Shown here: in pieces, positions 27,045 through 35,976 of the stretch
Layout of the letters: the number at the start of each line of letters is the position of its first letter
Numbering within the stretch: position 1 is the stretch's first letter
Origin: Minisyncoccota bacterium
Lineage (GTDB): Bacteria; Patescibacteriota; Minisyncoccia; Phycocordibacterales; CAIZLB01
Assembly: GCA_021734945.1 (NCBI GenBank)
Contig: JAIPIA010000001.1
Span: 308,415-372,414 of the forward strand
Length of the DNA: 64,000 bases
Reading direction: 5' to 3'
The notes under the pieces: model-generated
What the model was told of the DNA's origin: nothing
The model's input: only the letters and a program-made list of their open reading frames with translations
Databases searched by the model: none
Program-made: the position numbers and the translations under genes

Positions 27045-27170
27045 ATGAAAAAAGCACCTACACAGACTTGGATTAACGCCAAGCGATACCGAGGATTGAT
27101 GGTACTTTTTGGAGCAGGAGTAATCCTATGGCTTCAAAATGTCTATGATTTCCTTGGGTGGATTTGGTAA
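27045..27170 (+). CDS. Possible 41-aa hydrophobic small protein (MKKAPTQTWINAKRYRGLMVLFGAGVILWLQNVYDFLGWIW)
   Basis: Manual translation; one TM-like segment; no further support. Confidence 0.15.
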   Translation: MKKAPTQTWINAKRYRGLMVLFGAGVILWLQNVYDFLGWIW

Positions 27171-27453
27171 CCAATCCCCACCCTGACGCAACCACGTTGG
27201 CACACAAGACAATCTTTCTTGCTTCAAAATCAAACTTGAGCAAAAAAGACCTTATGTGCCAGCTTTTTTATTTAAAAGGCTCTCAAAACTTTATATCGCG
27301 CGTAGATATAAAATCTTTGCCAAAAGGGCTAAAATGTTGTATCTTATGGATAAGCGCCTTCAAATCTCGCTTTATTTTTATCTTTTTTGATAGAATCTTG
27401 AACTCCTAGATTTTCTACACAAATTTTCTATACAAAACTCACAATCCCCAACT

Positions 27454-29064
27454 ATGTCAAAAAACCCATCAAAATCACATACAGAAGAAAAAGCATCAAA
27501 AGTGACAAACGAGTCACGGCCTCCTGTTGTGGTTGTGATGGGACATGTTGACCACGGAAAATCGACTCTCCTTGATTATGTTCGAAAAACAAACATTGTA
27601 GACCGAGAAGTAGGAGGCATTACTCAAAGAATGTCTGCCTACGAAGTTATTCACAAAGCAACAAATTCAGACGGTAAAAAAGAAGATAAACACATTACTT
27701 TTCTTGATACTCCAGGACATGAGTCTTTTACAGCTATTCGTTCACGAGGAGCAAATGCAGCTGATATAGCAATCCTTATTGTATCTGCCGAAGACGGTGT
27801 TAAACCACAGACACTTGATGCATACAAAGAGATTAAAGCAGCAGCTCTCCCATATTTAGTTGGTATTAGTAAAGTCGATAAACCAAATGCAAACATAGAT
27901 CGAGTTAAACTCAGTCTGGCTGAAAATGAAATCTACGTAGAAGGTTATGGTGGAACTATTCCATTTGTACCTTTTTCTGGAAAAACTGGTCAGGGTATCG
28001 ACGACCTTCTCGACATGATTCTTCTTACAGCAGAAGTTGAAGATTTCAGTGCTCAAAAAAATGTGCCAGCAGAGTGCCTTGTAATTGAATCAAATAGAGA
28101 CAAAGTGCGAGGGACTACCGCTACACTTATAGTTAAAAACGGTACACTCAAGTCTGGTTCATTCCTAGTAGCAGGAAAAGCTATGTCCCCTGTTCGAATT
28201 ATGGAAAATTTTGCAGGAAAGGCCATCAAAGAAGCAATTCCATCAATGCCAGTACGAATCGTCGGTTGGGATTCTGAACCAGAAGTTGGTGGTATGTGTT
28301 TCTCATTTTCATCCAAAAAAGAAGCCGAAAAATACATTGAGGAAGAAAATGAAAAAGCTTCCAACCAAAAAGATAAGTCTAATCTACCAAGTGGACACTC
28401 AGCATCATTTGGACAAAATATCGGCGTAGGAATGAATGCTGCTACAAGTGAGAGTGAGACAAGCACTGTTCCACTCATTATTAAAGCAGATACGTCTGGA
28501 TCAATTGAAGCCATCAAGTATGAAATTTCAAAATTAAAAATCGACCGAGTCAATCTTCGAATAGTTCAATCTGGAATCGGTGACATAGGTGAACACGAGA
28601 TCAAATCAGCCATTGGTATTCCTGGGACAATTATTATAGGTTTCACTGTAAAAGTAGATGGAGCCACAAAACGATTTGCAGATCAAAACAAGATAATAAT
28701 TCATACGTTCGATATTATTTACAAAATGACGGAATGGCTTGAAGCAGAAGCAAAAGAACGTGCTCCAAAGATTGAAATCGAGGAGCAAAAAGGTGTTGCT
28801 AAGATTCTCAAATTCTTTAGTTCTGTGCGTGACAAACAAGTGATTGGCGCTCGAGTAGAATCTGGTGTAATTTCATTTAATGATGAAATTCGAATCATGA
28901 GACGAGAAAACGAAATCGCACGAGGTCGAGTGCGTGAACTTCAGCAGATGAAGTCTAAAGTGGGCTCTGTCGATGAAGGAAAGGAATTTGGAGCATTACT
29001 CGAATCAAAGATAGAAATCGCTCCTGGTGACAAAATAGAGGCATTTCACACGGTTATAAAGTAG
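27454..29064 (+). CDS. infB: Translation initiation factor IF-2 (short form: G domain plus C-terminal domains)
   Basis: GHVDHGKSTLLD, DTPGH, KVDK and the C-terminal beta-barrel domains; 536 aa. Confidence 0.85.
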   Translation: MSKNPSKSHTEEKASKVTNESRPPVVVVMGHVDHGKSTLLDYVRKTNIVDREVGGITQRMSAYEVIHKATNSDGKKEDKHITFLDTPGHESFTAIRSRGANAADIAILIVSAEDGVKPQTLDAYKEIKAAALPYLVGISKVDKPNANIDRVKLSLAENEIYVEGYGGTIPFVPFSGKTGQGIDDLLDMILLTAEVEDFSAQKNVPAECLVIESNRDKVRGTTATLIVKNGTLKSGSFLVAGKAMSPVRIMENFAGKAIKEAIPSMPVRIVGWDSEPEVGGMCFSFSSKKEAEKYIEEENEKASNQKDKSNLPSGHSASFGQNIGVGMNAATSESETSTVPLIIKADTSGSIEAIKYEISKLKIDRVNLRIVQSGIGDIGEHEIKSAIGIPGTIIIGFTVKVDGATKRFADQNKIIIHTFDIIYKMTEWLEAEAKERAPKIEIEEQKGVAKILKFFSSVRDKQVIGARVESGVISFNDEIRIMRRENEIARGRVRELQQMKSKVGSVDEGKEFGALLESKIEIAPGDKIEAFHTVIK

Positions 29065-29125
29065 AAAACAAAGAATAAGTATCGCACCATAGAAAACGGT
29101 CACGCGATGCGATTTCGCAAATCAA

Positions 29126-29461
29126 ATGGCAACAACAGCACGTACAAACCCATATCGAGACCAACGAACTGAAGACCTCATCAAAGAGATGGCTGGCAAG
29201 TTTTTATCTATCGAATCAAACCGTACTTCCCTCGTAACGGTTACAAATATTAACCTTTACAATAGAGGAAAAAACGTCACTATCTTTTTTACCGTTCTCC
29301 CTGAGGATAAAGAAAAGGCTGTGGCAGATTTTACAAAGCGAAAACGAGGAGATTTTCGAGAATACATGAAAGGTCACTCACGACTCCCTATTATCCCCTT
29401 TGTAGATTTCGAACTCGACTTTGGTGAAAAAAATCGACAAAACGTAGACAGATTGATATAG
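29126..29461 (+). CDS. rbfA: Ribosome-binding factor A
   Basis: ~110 aa, directly downstream of infB in the conserved gene order; KH-like fold pattern. Confidence 0.6.
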   Translation: MATTARTNPYRDQRTEDLIKEMAGKFLSIESNRTSLVTVTNINLYNRGKNVTIFFTVLPEDKEKAVADFTKRKRGDFREYMKGHSRLPIIPFVDFELDFGEKNRQNVDRLI

Positions 29462-29530
29462 TACTAGGACTAGTTATTGACCGTAAATAACTAGGTGAAC
29501 CAAAAACAAAGCAATAGAAGATAGAGACAA

Positions 29531-29604
29531 GACGCAGTGGCGAAGCTGGTCAACGCGACAGTCTGCAAAACTGTTATGCGCCGGTTCGAGCCCGGCCTGC
29601 GTCT
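29531..29604 (+). tRNA. tRNA-Cys (GCA)
   Basis: Acceptor GACGCAG/CTGCGTC, anticodon arm ACAGT-CTGCAAA-ACTGT, T-arm GCCGG-TTCGAGC-CCGGC. Confidence 0.8.
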
Positions 29605-29893
29605 CAAAAATAAGCTAATTTAGTGAGATAAATTTTGTTGGTTAATTTGACGGGCAAATTTGATGGATGAATTAATGAGGGGCGTTTAATATATCTGAGG
29701 CGCGGAACTTATACACAAGTTTCTTATTTGGAACAGAATTATGCACGGTTATAATTCGGGAAAATAACCGCACAAGTCCTATTGAGAAGTATCTACTACA
29801 CCAATTGTCTTTGCTTGGGAAGAAAGAAAGTAATCGCTATTTCATGTTTACTAGACACCAAGAAAATGGTAAATTACAGTTCTGTTAGATAAT

Positions 29894-29977
29894 GCTCGGG
29901 TGGAGAAATGGTAGACTCGGGGGACTTAAAATCCCCTGGCCTCAACAGCCGTGTGGGTTCGAGTCCCACCCCGAGCA
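29894..29977 (+). tRNA. tRNA-Leu (TAA) with long variable arm
   Basis: Anticodon arm GGGGA-CTTAAAA-TCCCC, T-arm TGGGTTCGAGTCCCA, acceptor GCTCGGG. Confidence 0.8.
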
Positions 29978-30134
29978 CAAAGTAAGAAGCTAAAAAGTAT
30001 CAGTCGCAGTGTACAAAATTCAGTCAATTTTCCCTGACTTTATACAAGCGTTTTACCTTGCGAAATAAGCATTTTTTTGTTACTATTTTTTTCTGTATAG
30101 ATTAGCTCACTTTCGTGACTGAACTAATACAAAT

Positions 30135-30207
30135 GCATCCGTAACTCAGTTGGTAGAGTAGCTCCCTCTTAAGGAGACGGTCGTAGGTTCGAATCCTACC
30201 GGGTGCA
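30135..30207 (+). tRNA. tRNA-Lys (CTT)
   Basis: Anticodon loop CTCTTAA on stem CTCC/GGAG, T-arm GTAGG-TTCGAAT-CCTAC, acceptor GCATCCG/CGGGTGC. Confidence 0.7.
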
Positions 30208-30276
30208 CAAGTAAGTTAGAAACTCTGCAAAAGTCAGTCTGCATGCAATTTCCAACTTATGATTTGACCAAAATAT

Positions 30277-30358
30277 GGGCGAGTGGCGGAATTGGTATAC
30301 GCGCTAGTCTTAGGAACTAGTCCCGCAAGGGTTGGAGGTTCGAGTCCTCTCTCGCCCA
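30277..30358 (+). tRNA. tRNA-Leu (TAG) with long variable arm
   Basis: Anticodon arm CTAGT-CTTAGGA-ACTAG, T-arm GGAGG-TTCGAGT-CCTCT, acceptor GGGCGAG. Confidence 0.8.
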
Positions 30359-30512
30359 CAGAAATAAAATAAAAAGTTTATCTTCGGATAGGCTTTTTAT
30401 TTTTATAAATAATGGTTAAATTTACTAAAATTGACTTATATATGAATCTATGTTAATATATATACAGACGATCTTTATTAGATCGTCACCTCACCCACAA
30501 TCCCACTACTCA

Positions 30513-30794
30513 GACATCATGAACTTCAAAATTCTCACCACGTTCACGTCCCTCGTCGTTGCACTGGTTTACCTTTGCTTCGTCACGCCAGAGGTCCTCA
30601 GCCAGCTTTTCAAGATGCAAGAAAAACATCAAGAATGGACGACCATGCAAGATTGGATCAACCCTACTGCGTACTACACAATTAGTACCTTGTACTGGAT
30701 CTTTGCACTAGCACCGGTCGTTGGGCTCGGCATTTACGGACTGCACGACTTGTTCAAGTCCAAACGGTCTAAGTTCGCCCTCCCAAAGGTGTAA
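30513..30794 (+). CDS. Small two-TM membrane protein; GC-rich ORF followed by a terminator
   Basis: ORF from MNFKIL with hydrophobic segments and terminator ACCCGCGCAACACAACGGCGGGTTTTT. The longest ORF starts at 30450. Confidence 0.4.
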   Translation, partial: DIMNFKILTTFTSLVVALVYLCFVTPEVLSQLFKMQEKHQEWTTMQDWINPTAYYTISTLYWIFALAPVVGLGIYGLHDLFKSKRSKFALPKV

Positions 30795-30927
30795 CCAATC
30801 CACCTGTCACAATTCAAAAAGTCATCCTTACGGATGCAACCCGCGCAACACAACGGCGGGTTTTTACATTTAAAAAATTGAGACAAATAAAACACCTTTT
30901 CTTCTAGTTAATAAAAAGCGAGAAAAA

Positions 30928-30970
30928 GAAAACCACATGTATGGATGTAATCCCGGATACATGTGGTTTT
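30928..30970. repeat. Conserved hairpin element, copy 1 (stem CCACATGTAT/ATACATGTGG, loop GGATGTAATCCCGG)
   Basis: Related copies at 42244-42270 and 50548-50586 share the 22-mer TGTATCC(G/A)GGATT(A/G)CATCCAT. Confidence 0.6.
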
Positions 30971-30992
30971 CTGCTTTCGAGCGTTTTTATTT

Positions 30993-31277
30993 CTACTGAC
31001 CAAATATCTGCGTAACGCCAGTATCAGATGGAGATACACCAATAGTGTTCATGATGAGGTTCATTATTCCGAATACTGAGATCATAATGAACATACCAAA
31101 AATTCCGTACATTATGTGCTTACTACCTGTAGCACGCCCATCTTCACTATCAGAATCTTTTATATACATAAAAACGCCATACAAAAAAACCAGTACCGCA
31201 ACAGCAAAGAGCAACATTATTATCGGGTTAATGATAACTTGGTTAATTTTGTGAATAAATGCGAGTGCTGGCTTCAT
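30993..31277 (-). CDS. Small two-TM membrane protein, paralogue 1 of a six-gene tandem family (VirB2/TrbC pilin-like)
   Basis: Shared architecture: TM helix, a charged G/D/E..AR loop, then a second TM helix; some members also have an N-terminal signal peptide. Confidence 0.4.
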   Translation of the reverse strand: MKPALAFIHKINQVIINPIIMLLFAVAVLVFLYGVFMYIKDSDSEDGRATGSKHIMYGIFGMFIMISVFGIMNLIMNTIGVSPSDTGVTQIFGQ

Positions 31278-31303
31278 GTGTTGAATTTATATGTATCGTG
31301 AAC

Positions 31304-31678
31304 CTATCTCTGCTGGAAGTACCCAGCTGCGTTTGGAAGCTGAGGAGCTGCAGGAGCTGTGTTGTCCAAGTTCACACTTCTAACCAAAATATTTACCAAT
31401 CCCCATACAGATACCATTACGAAGAGTGCAACAACACCCCAAATAATATATCCCTGTGCTTCTTTTCGAGCTTCACCATCACCACCAGCAATAACAAATT
31501 TGAAAATACCCCAAAGGAAGATCAATACTGTAAGAGCAATGATGAATGGGATAAGTCTGTTGATGAGGTCGTTTGCCTGAGCCAAAAGTCCGAGTAAACC
31601 TCCAATAGTCTGTGCTCCAGCAATAGCAGGAGTTATGAGTACCAAAAGTGCAGAAAGTTTTAGAAATGTCTTTTTCAT
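31304..31678 (-). CDS. Paralogue 2: signal peptide plus two TM helices with conserved C-terminal block WGVVALFVMVSVWGLVNIL
   Basis: Near-identical nucleotide stretch CCAATCCCCATACAGATACCATTACGAAGAG shared with paralogues 3 and 4. Confidence 0.5.
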   Translation of the reverse strand: MKKTFLKLSALLVLITPAIAGAQTIGGLLGLLAQANDLINRLIPFIIALTVLIFLWGIFKFVIAGGDGEARKEAQGYIIWGVVALFVMVSVWGLVNILVRSVNLDNTAPAAPQLPNAAGYFQQR

Positions 31679-31783
31679 CTTTTAATAACGAATTATAATT
31701 TTATTAAGAGACTTCTTTTTAAAAAGTCGTACTCTAATTATACTTTGTTTTAGCGTTTGAAGATAGCAGGCTGTGGATTGCTT

Positions 31784-32074
31784 CTATCGAACTGGTATCA
31801 ATTGTTCAAGATTTTGAGGAGTTGAGTTGTTCAAATGTAACGATGTTACCAAAATATTTACTAATCCCCATACTGAGACCATTACGAAGAGTGCAACGAT
31901 ACCCCATGTAATATACCCTCGAGCCTCCTCTCTTGCTGCACCATCTGAGCTTGTAACCATTCTAAAAATTCCCCAAATGAACACGAGAACTGTCATAGCA
32001 ATGATAAGAGGCATCACCACGTTTATAAGTTCTTTTATCATCTGTATTATTGCGAATATTCCTGTAGCTCCCAT
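31784..32074 (-). CDS. Paralogue 3 (WGIVALFVMVSVWGLVNIL)
   Basis: Same motif and nucleotide-level conservation as paralogue 2. Confidence 0.5.
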   Translation of the reverse strand: MGATGIFAIIQMIKELINVVMPLIIAMTVLVFIWGIFRMVTSSDGAAREEARGYITWGIVALFVMVSVWGLVNILVTSLHLNNSTPQNLEQLIPVR

Positions 32075-32092
32075 ATATTTATATTATTTAAA

Positions 32093-32449
32093 TTATCTTA
32101 ATTGCGGAATAACTAAGCCTCCTCCGAAAAAAGTGGATGTAAGTATACTTACCAATCCCCATACAGATACCATTACGAAGAGAGAGACGACACCGTACGT
32201 AATAACACCAATCGCCTCTTTTCGGGCATCTTCACTATTACTTCGTACAAGCTGAAAAATTCCCCAGATAAAATAAAGCAGGGTAAGGCCGACGATGAGA
32301 GGTACAAGGGTTTTAATCATACCTATAAATAGTCCCACCAATGAACCAAAGTCATACGCTACCTGACCATAAGCCTGCGTCTGCAAGGGAAAAGTAATAA
32401 GAAGCAGAGCCGCTGCGCTTATAATTTTTTTAGATGATGAAAATTTCAT
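32093..32449 (-). CDS. Paralogue 4 (signal peptide; YGVVSLFVMVSVWGLVSIL)
   Basis: Same family. Confidence 0.5.
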   Translation of the reverse strand: MKFSSSKKIISAAALLLITFPLQTQAYGQVAYDFGSLVGLFIGMIKTLVPLIVGLTLLYFIWGIFQLVRSNSEDARKEAIGVITYGVVSLFVMVSVWGLVSILTSTFFGGGLVIPQLR

Positions 32450-32469
32450 ATGTGTATTTATGTTTTCTA

Positions 32470-32811
32470 TTATATACCTAATTCGTTAACTGTTGCTTGT
32501 ATTGCCGTTGCAATAACTCGAGCTCCCAATACAATAGCTCCTCCAACAATAGTCCATGTCAACGTCTGGTGAGCTGAACTAATCTGCTTTTCGTCCCCTC
32601 TTGCAGTAACATATTTGAAACCAGCAAGAATAAGGAAAAATACAACAACAATAGCACCTAGCAAAATAACAACATCAAGTACTTGAAGCAGGAAGCCATC
32701 TAACGTGCTTGCCTGAATAGGGTTAGTGAAATACTGCTGAGCACTAAGTAAGGTTGGAAGGAGCGTAAAACCAGATGCTAGAAACGTAGTAGTAATTTTT
32801 TTAATATTCAT
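32470..32811 (-). CDS. Paralogue 5 (signal peptide, two TM helices, ARGDEKQ loop)
   Basis: Same architecture. The start is set at MNIKKITTTF; the longest ORF would overlap paralogue 6. Confidence 0.4.
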   Translation of the reverse strand: MNIKKITTTFLASGFTLLPTLLSAQQYFTNPIQASTLDGFLLQVLDVVILLGAIVVVFFLILAGFKYVTARGDEKQISSAHQTLTWTIVGGAIVLGARVIATAIQATVNELGI

Positions 32812-32876
32812 AGCTGTAATTATATAATAGATTTTAATCTTCACAAACTTTTCACTAGTAGCCAAAAGATGAATTC

Positions 32877-33308
32877 CTAGCGCAGCAGACTGTATGCATT
32901 GTCTACTCCCAAAAACTTCAACATGGTTGCCACGAGCAACCAAGCTGCCATAGTGAAAAATATACCTTTTATCACATTACCAAAGATGCCGTTTGCAGTT
33001 TTACGTGCCCCAGTATCATCTCCAGACGTCATATAGAGATACCCTGCATATACCATTGAAACAACAGCCGCCATTGCAGCAAGGTAAATAGCATTTTGGA
33101 GGATATTTTGACCCATTTTCATCAACTGTGGCCATCCACATGCTACTGTCACTTGACCATTAGCACCTTGTACAGGCTTTCCATAACATTCATCTGGGAC
33201 AAACGATACCAACCCAGCAGCGTCAACTACAACCGGTGAAATAAAAGCACTTAATACTGTAAGTATTGTAAAGACTTGCAGTATGAGTAATTTAATTGTT
33301 TTTTTCAT
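32877..33308 (-). CDS. Paralogue 6 (signal peptide, Cys-containing ectodomain, two TM helices, SGDDTGARK loop)
   Basis: Same architecture. Confidence 0.4.
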   Translation of the reverse strand: MKKTIKLLILQVFTILTVLSAFISPVVVDAAGLVSFVPDECYGKPVQGANGQVTVACGWPQLMKMGQNILQNAIYLAAMAAVVSMVYAGYLYMTSGDDTGARKTANGIFGNVIKGIFFTMAAWLLVATMLKFLGVDNAYSLLR

Positions 33309-33313
33309 TTTTA

Positions 33314-34621
33314 TTATTTTACTTTTAGTAATCTATCCAGTTTAAGTTTTGCATCACCAACAGCATTACTTAGCTTATCTTTTCCAGATGTTATCGATTC
33401 AATCATGTCTTTAAATACCAAGTCACTTCCCGCTGGATTTGGATCATGCCATGATTTTGATTGGATAGCCGATCTGTAAAATACAGTCATATATGCGTCC
33501 TTTGCGGGTTCAGCAAGCAAATCACGCCGTACAGGGGGCAAATTATATAAATCTCTCCAGATAACAATAGAATCTTTGTCCGTAAGTTTAGAAATAACAC
33601 CCAACGCCCCCGCAAAGTTTTTAGTATTTTTTACAATTGCAAAAGCAGACATCTTTCCGTACACATTAGGTACACCACCAGCCTCTTGAGGAATCTGAGC
33701 AACATCAAAATTGAGGTTTGGATTTTTATCTTGCAAATGTTGCAGTTCACTTGCGTATCCAAAATAGAAAGCAAGATTTCCACCAAGGAAAGCATCTTGT
33801 GAATTTGGAAGAGATCTATTCCATGTATATAGAGGCTTCGAAGGATTTGCAAAAGATGTATAAAAATCAAGAACTGAAGCAATAGGAGAACTTTCATCAA
33901 GACTTTTTTCGAGGTCTTTATCAATCACTGAATACACTTCATCATTCTGTGGATTTTTCTCAGTAATATTGTTTCCAGATTGGAAGAAAAGTGACGCCAA
34001 AATTTCTTTTGCATTTTTGACATTTGAATATTCACCAAACGGTACTAGTGCTTGCGTTATATTGGAAGTATCAGTTCTTTGAATGATAGAGGGTGCAATT
34101 TGATTCATTTCTTTCCAGGTCTGTGGAGGTCGAGAAATAGCACTCCGAGCAAGTATATTTTTGTTGTAATACATCACCATAGGATCAACAGAAAATGGAA
34201 CTCCCATAATACCGTCTCGAGCAATAAAAATACTTGCTCCATCAATGAAAGTATTGAGGTAATCCCTCTCTGCAAATGTTGTAAAAGGTATTGACTGTAA
34301 CTTATTTTTTTGAGAATACAACATGTCGTCATCCAAGAGTACAGCGTCAGGTCCGTTACCTTCTGCGAGAGCGTTTACAAAGTCAGCTTGAAACGTCTCA
34401 GGGTCTTTCTCAACGTACGTAACATCAATAACCGTAGATCTGATATTGATGTTACGTACCATCTCACTTATATAGTACCCAGGTAGCGTTCCCCAAATTG
34501 TTGCCTTTGGCACTGCGGCACGACTAGAACCTCCAAATCCTGCAAAAACTGCAATACCAACAACAGCAATAAGTATAAAGATTGCGAGAAAAGCTAATTG
34601 AAATGTACTTACGTTCTTCAT
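33314..34621 (-). CDS. Extracellular solute-binding-protein-like protein (ABC-transporter SBP family 1 fold) with an N-terminal TM anchor
   Basis: N-terminal TM helix and ~400-aa periplasmic-binding-protein-like body. No permease or ATPase gene is adjacent. Confidence 0.4.
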   Translation of the reverse strand: MKNVSTFQLAFLAIFILIAVVGIAVFAGFGGSSRAAVPKATIWGTLPGYYISEMVRNINIRSTVIDVTYVEKDPETFQADFVNALAEGNGPDAVLLDDDMLYSQKNKLQSIPFTTFAERDYLNTFIDGASIFIARDGIMGVPFSVDPMVMYYNKNILARSAISRPPQTWKEMNQIAPSIIQRTDTSNITQALVPFGEYSNVKNAKEILASLFFQSGNNITEKNPQNDEVYSVIDKDLEKSLDESSPIASVLDFYTSFANPSKPLYTWNRSLPNSQDAFLGGNLAFYFGYASELQHLQDKNPNLNFDVAQIPQEAGGVPNVYGKMSAFAIVKNTKNFAGALGVISKLTDKDSIVIWRDLYNLPPVRRDLLAEPAKDAYMTVFYRSAIQSKSWHDPNPAGSDLVFKDMIESITSGKDKLSNAVGDAKLKLDRLLKVK

Positions 34622-34662
34622 TGTTTTATATATTTTTTATTTTTGCTTAATTTTTACACAAT

Positions 34663-35325
34663 TTACTCTAAATGCCCTGGATGTTTTGATGCAAAACTCG
34701 TTTCTTCTTCCTGAACATTATACCCTACATTAGTGAGTTCCCCAGGAGTTGGTGTGTGGGTAAGTACATACAACATTCCATAGTGATGCGAACCTGCATC
34801 AATAAAACTCTCAAGATGAAACCCCTCCTTTTCAAAAATTTCTCTCGCCTCATCTTTTGTAACTACATGATCAGGATGTGGACCTATTTGGCCATATGAC
34901 TCATTCCAATCAATAACTACGACTTTTCCATCATGTTTAAGCACTCTTTTAGTTTCAGAAACAATCTCGTCCAAATTTTCGAGTGAAAAAAGTGTATTTG
35001 CAATAACAATCCTATCTACAGATGCAGTCACTAAGCCAGACCCTTTTTTTGACTCCAAATCTCCTTGAATAACCTCCACATTTTGAAGACCGGTACGGAC
35101 AGCCTCATTTTTGATTCTTTTTAAAAAATCAGGATGTGAGTCTATAGCAAATACCCTACCGTATGGACCCACTTTTTTGGCAAGTGCAAGAGTATAGAAT
35201 CCAGCCCCAGAACCAAAATCAGCCACTGTCATACCCTCAGCTACAAATAACTCAGAAATAACTTTGTTAGGATCGGAAAACATGTGCATATATTTTAGCA
35301 TAGTTTTTACCCAAGCAAACAACAT
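34663..35325 (-). CDS. Class I SAM-dependent methyltransferase
   Basis: Motif I VADFGSGAGFYTLALA and an acidic motif II; ~220 aa. Confidence 0.6.
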   Translation of the reverse strand: MLFAWVKTMLKYMHMFSDPNKVISELFVAEGMTVADFGSGAGFYTLALAKKVGPYGRVFAIDSHPDFLKRIKNEAVRTGLQNVEVIQGDLESKKGSGLVTASVDRIVIANTLFSLENLDEIVSETKRVLKHDGKVVVIDWNESYGQIGPHPDHVVTKDEAREIFEKEGFHLESFIDAGSHHYGMLYVLTHTPTPGELTNVGYNVQEEETSFASKHPGHLE

Positions 35326-35340
35326 GTTACAATTTTAAAA

Positions 35341-35976
35341 ATGAATTCTAAAATACCTGCAGAAAACAAGAAACCAAAACTCCGGAAATATGTACTCACA
35401 GGAGGAACTTCTGTTGGAAAAACTACTATTATAGATTTACTAGCAAAACTCGAGCATCCCACTTTTCCAGAATTTTCTAGAATTATTATAAATCGCGAGC
35501 TTAAAAAAGAAGATGGCGTCTTACCTTGGACCAAACCAGATATTTTTCAAGATATGTATGCAAAGGAACAAGTTCGTGAAGAAATGGATATTGAAAAATA
35601 TTTAGGTAATACACGTGAAGAAAAAGACTATATTTTTATGGACAGATGTATTGTCGACGGTATAGCTTTTTGTCAACACGCAGGAGTTGTTGTTCCTCAT
35701 GAAATAGACAATCATATACAGAAATTACGTAAAAATGGCCAAGATTATAACCTTATCTTCATTCTCGGACCGTTGGAAACTTATCATTTTGATGAAGGCC
35801 GTATTTTAAAACCTGAAGAAAGCCTCTCAATACAGGCAATGCTTGAAAAAGCTTATGTAGAGCGTGGATACAAACTTATTCCTGTACCTTTTATGACGCC
35901 CCAAGAGCGTGTGGATTTTATCTTTGCAAAAATTAAAGAGTACGAAGAAAATTTATCTAAACCAAAAAGTAACTAA
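35341..35976 (+). CDS. P-loop NTPase (AAA_28/NadR-kinase-like)
   Basis: Walker A GGTSVGKTT near the N-terminus; ~210 aa. Confidence 0.45.
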   Translation: MNSKIPAENKKPKLRKYVLTGGTSVGKTTIIDLLAKLEHPTFPEFSRIIINRELKKEDGVLPWTKPDIFQDMYAKEQVREEMDIEKYLGNTREEKDYIFMDRCIVDGIAFCQHAGVVVPHEIDNHIQKLRKNGQDYNLIFILGPLETYHFDEGRILKPEESLSIQAMLEKAYVERGYKLIPVPFMTPQERVDFIFAKIKEYEENLSKPKSN

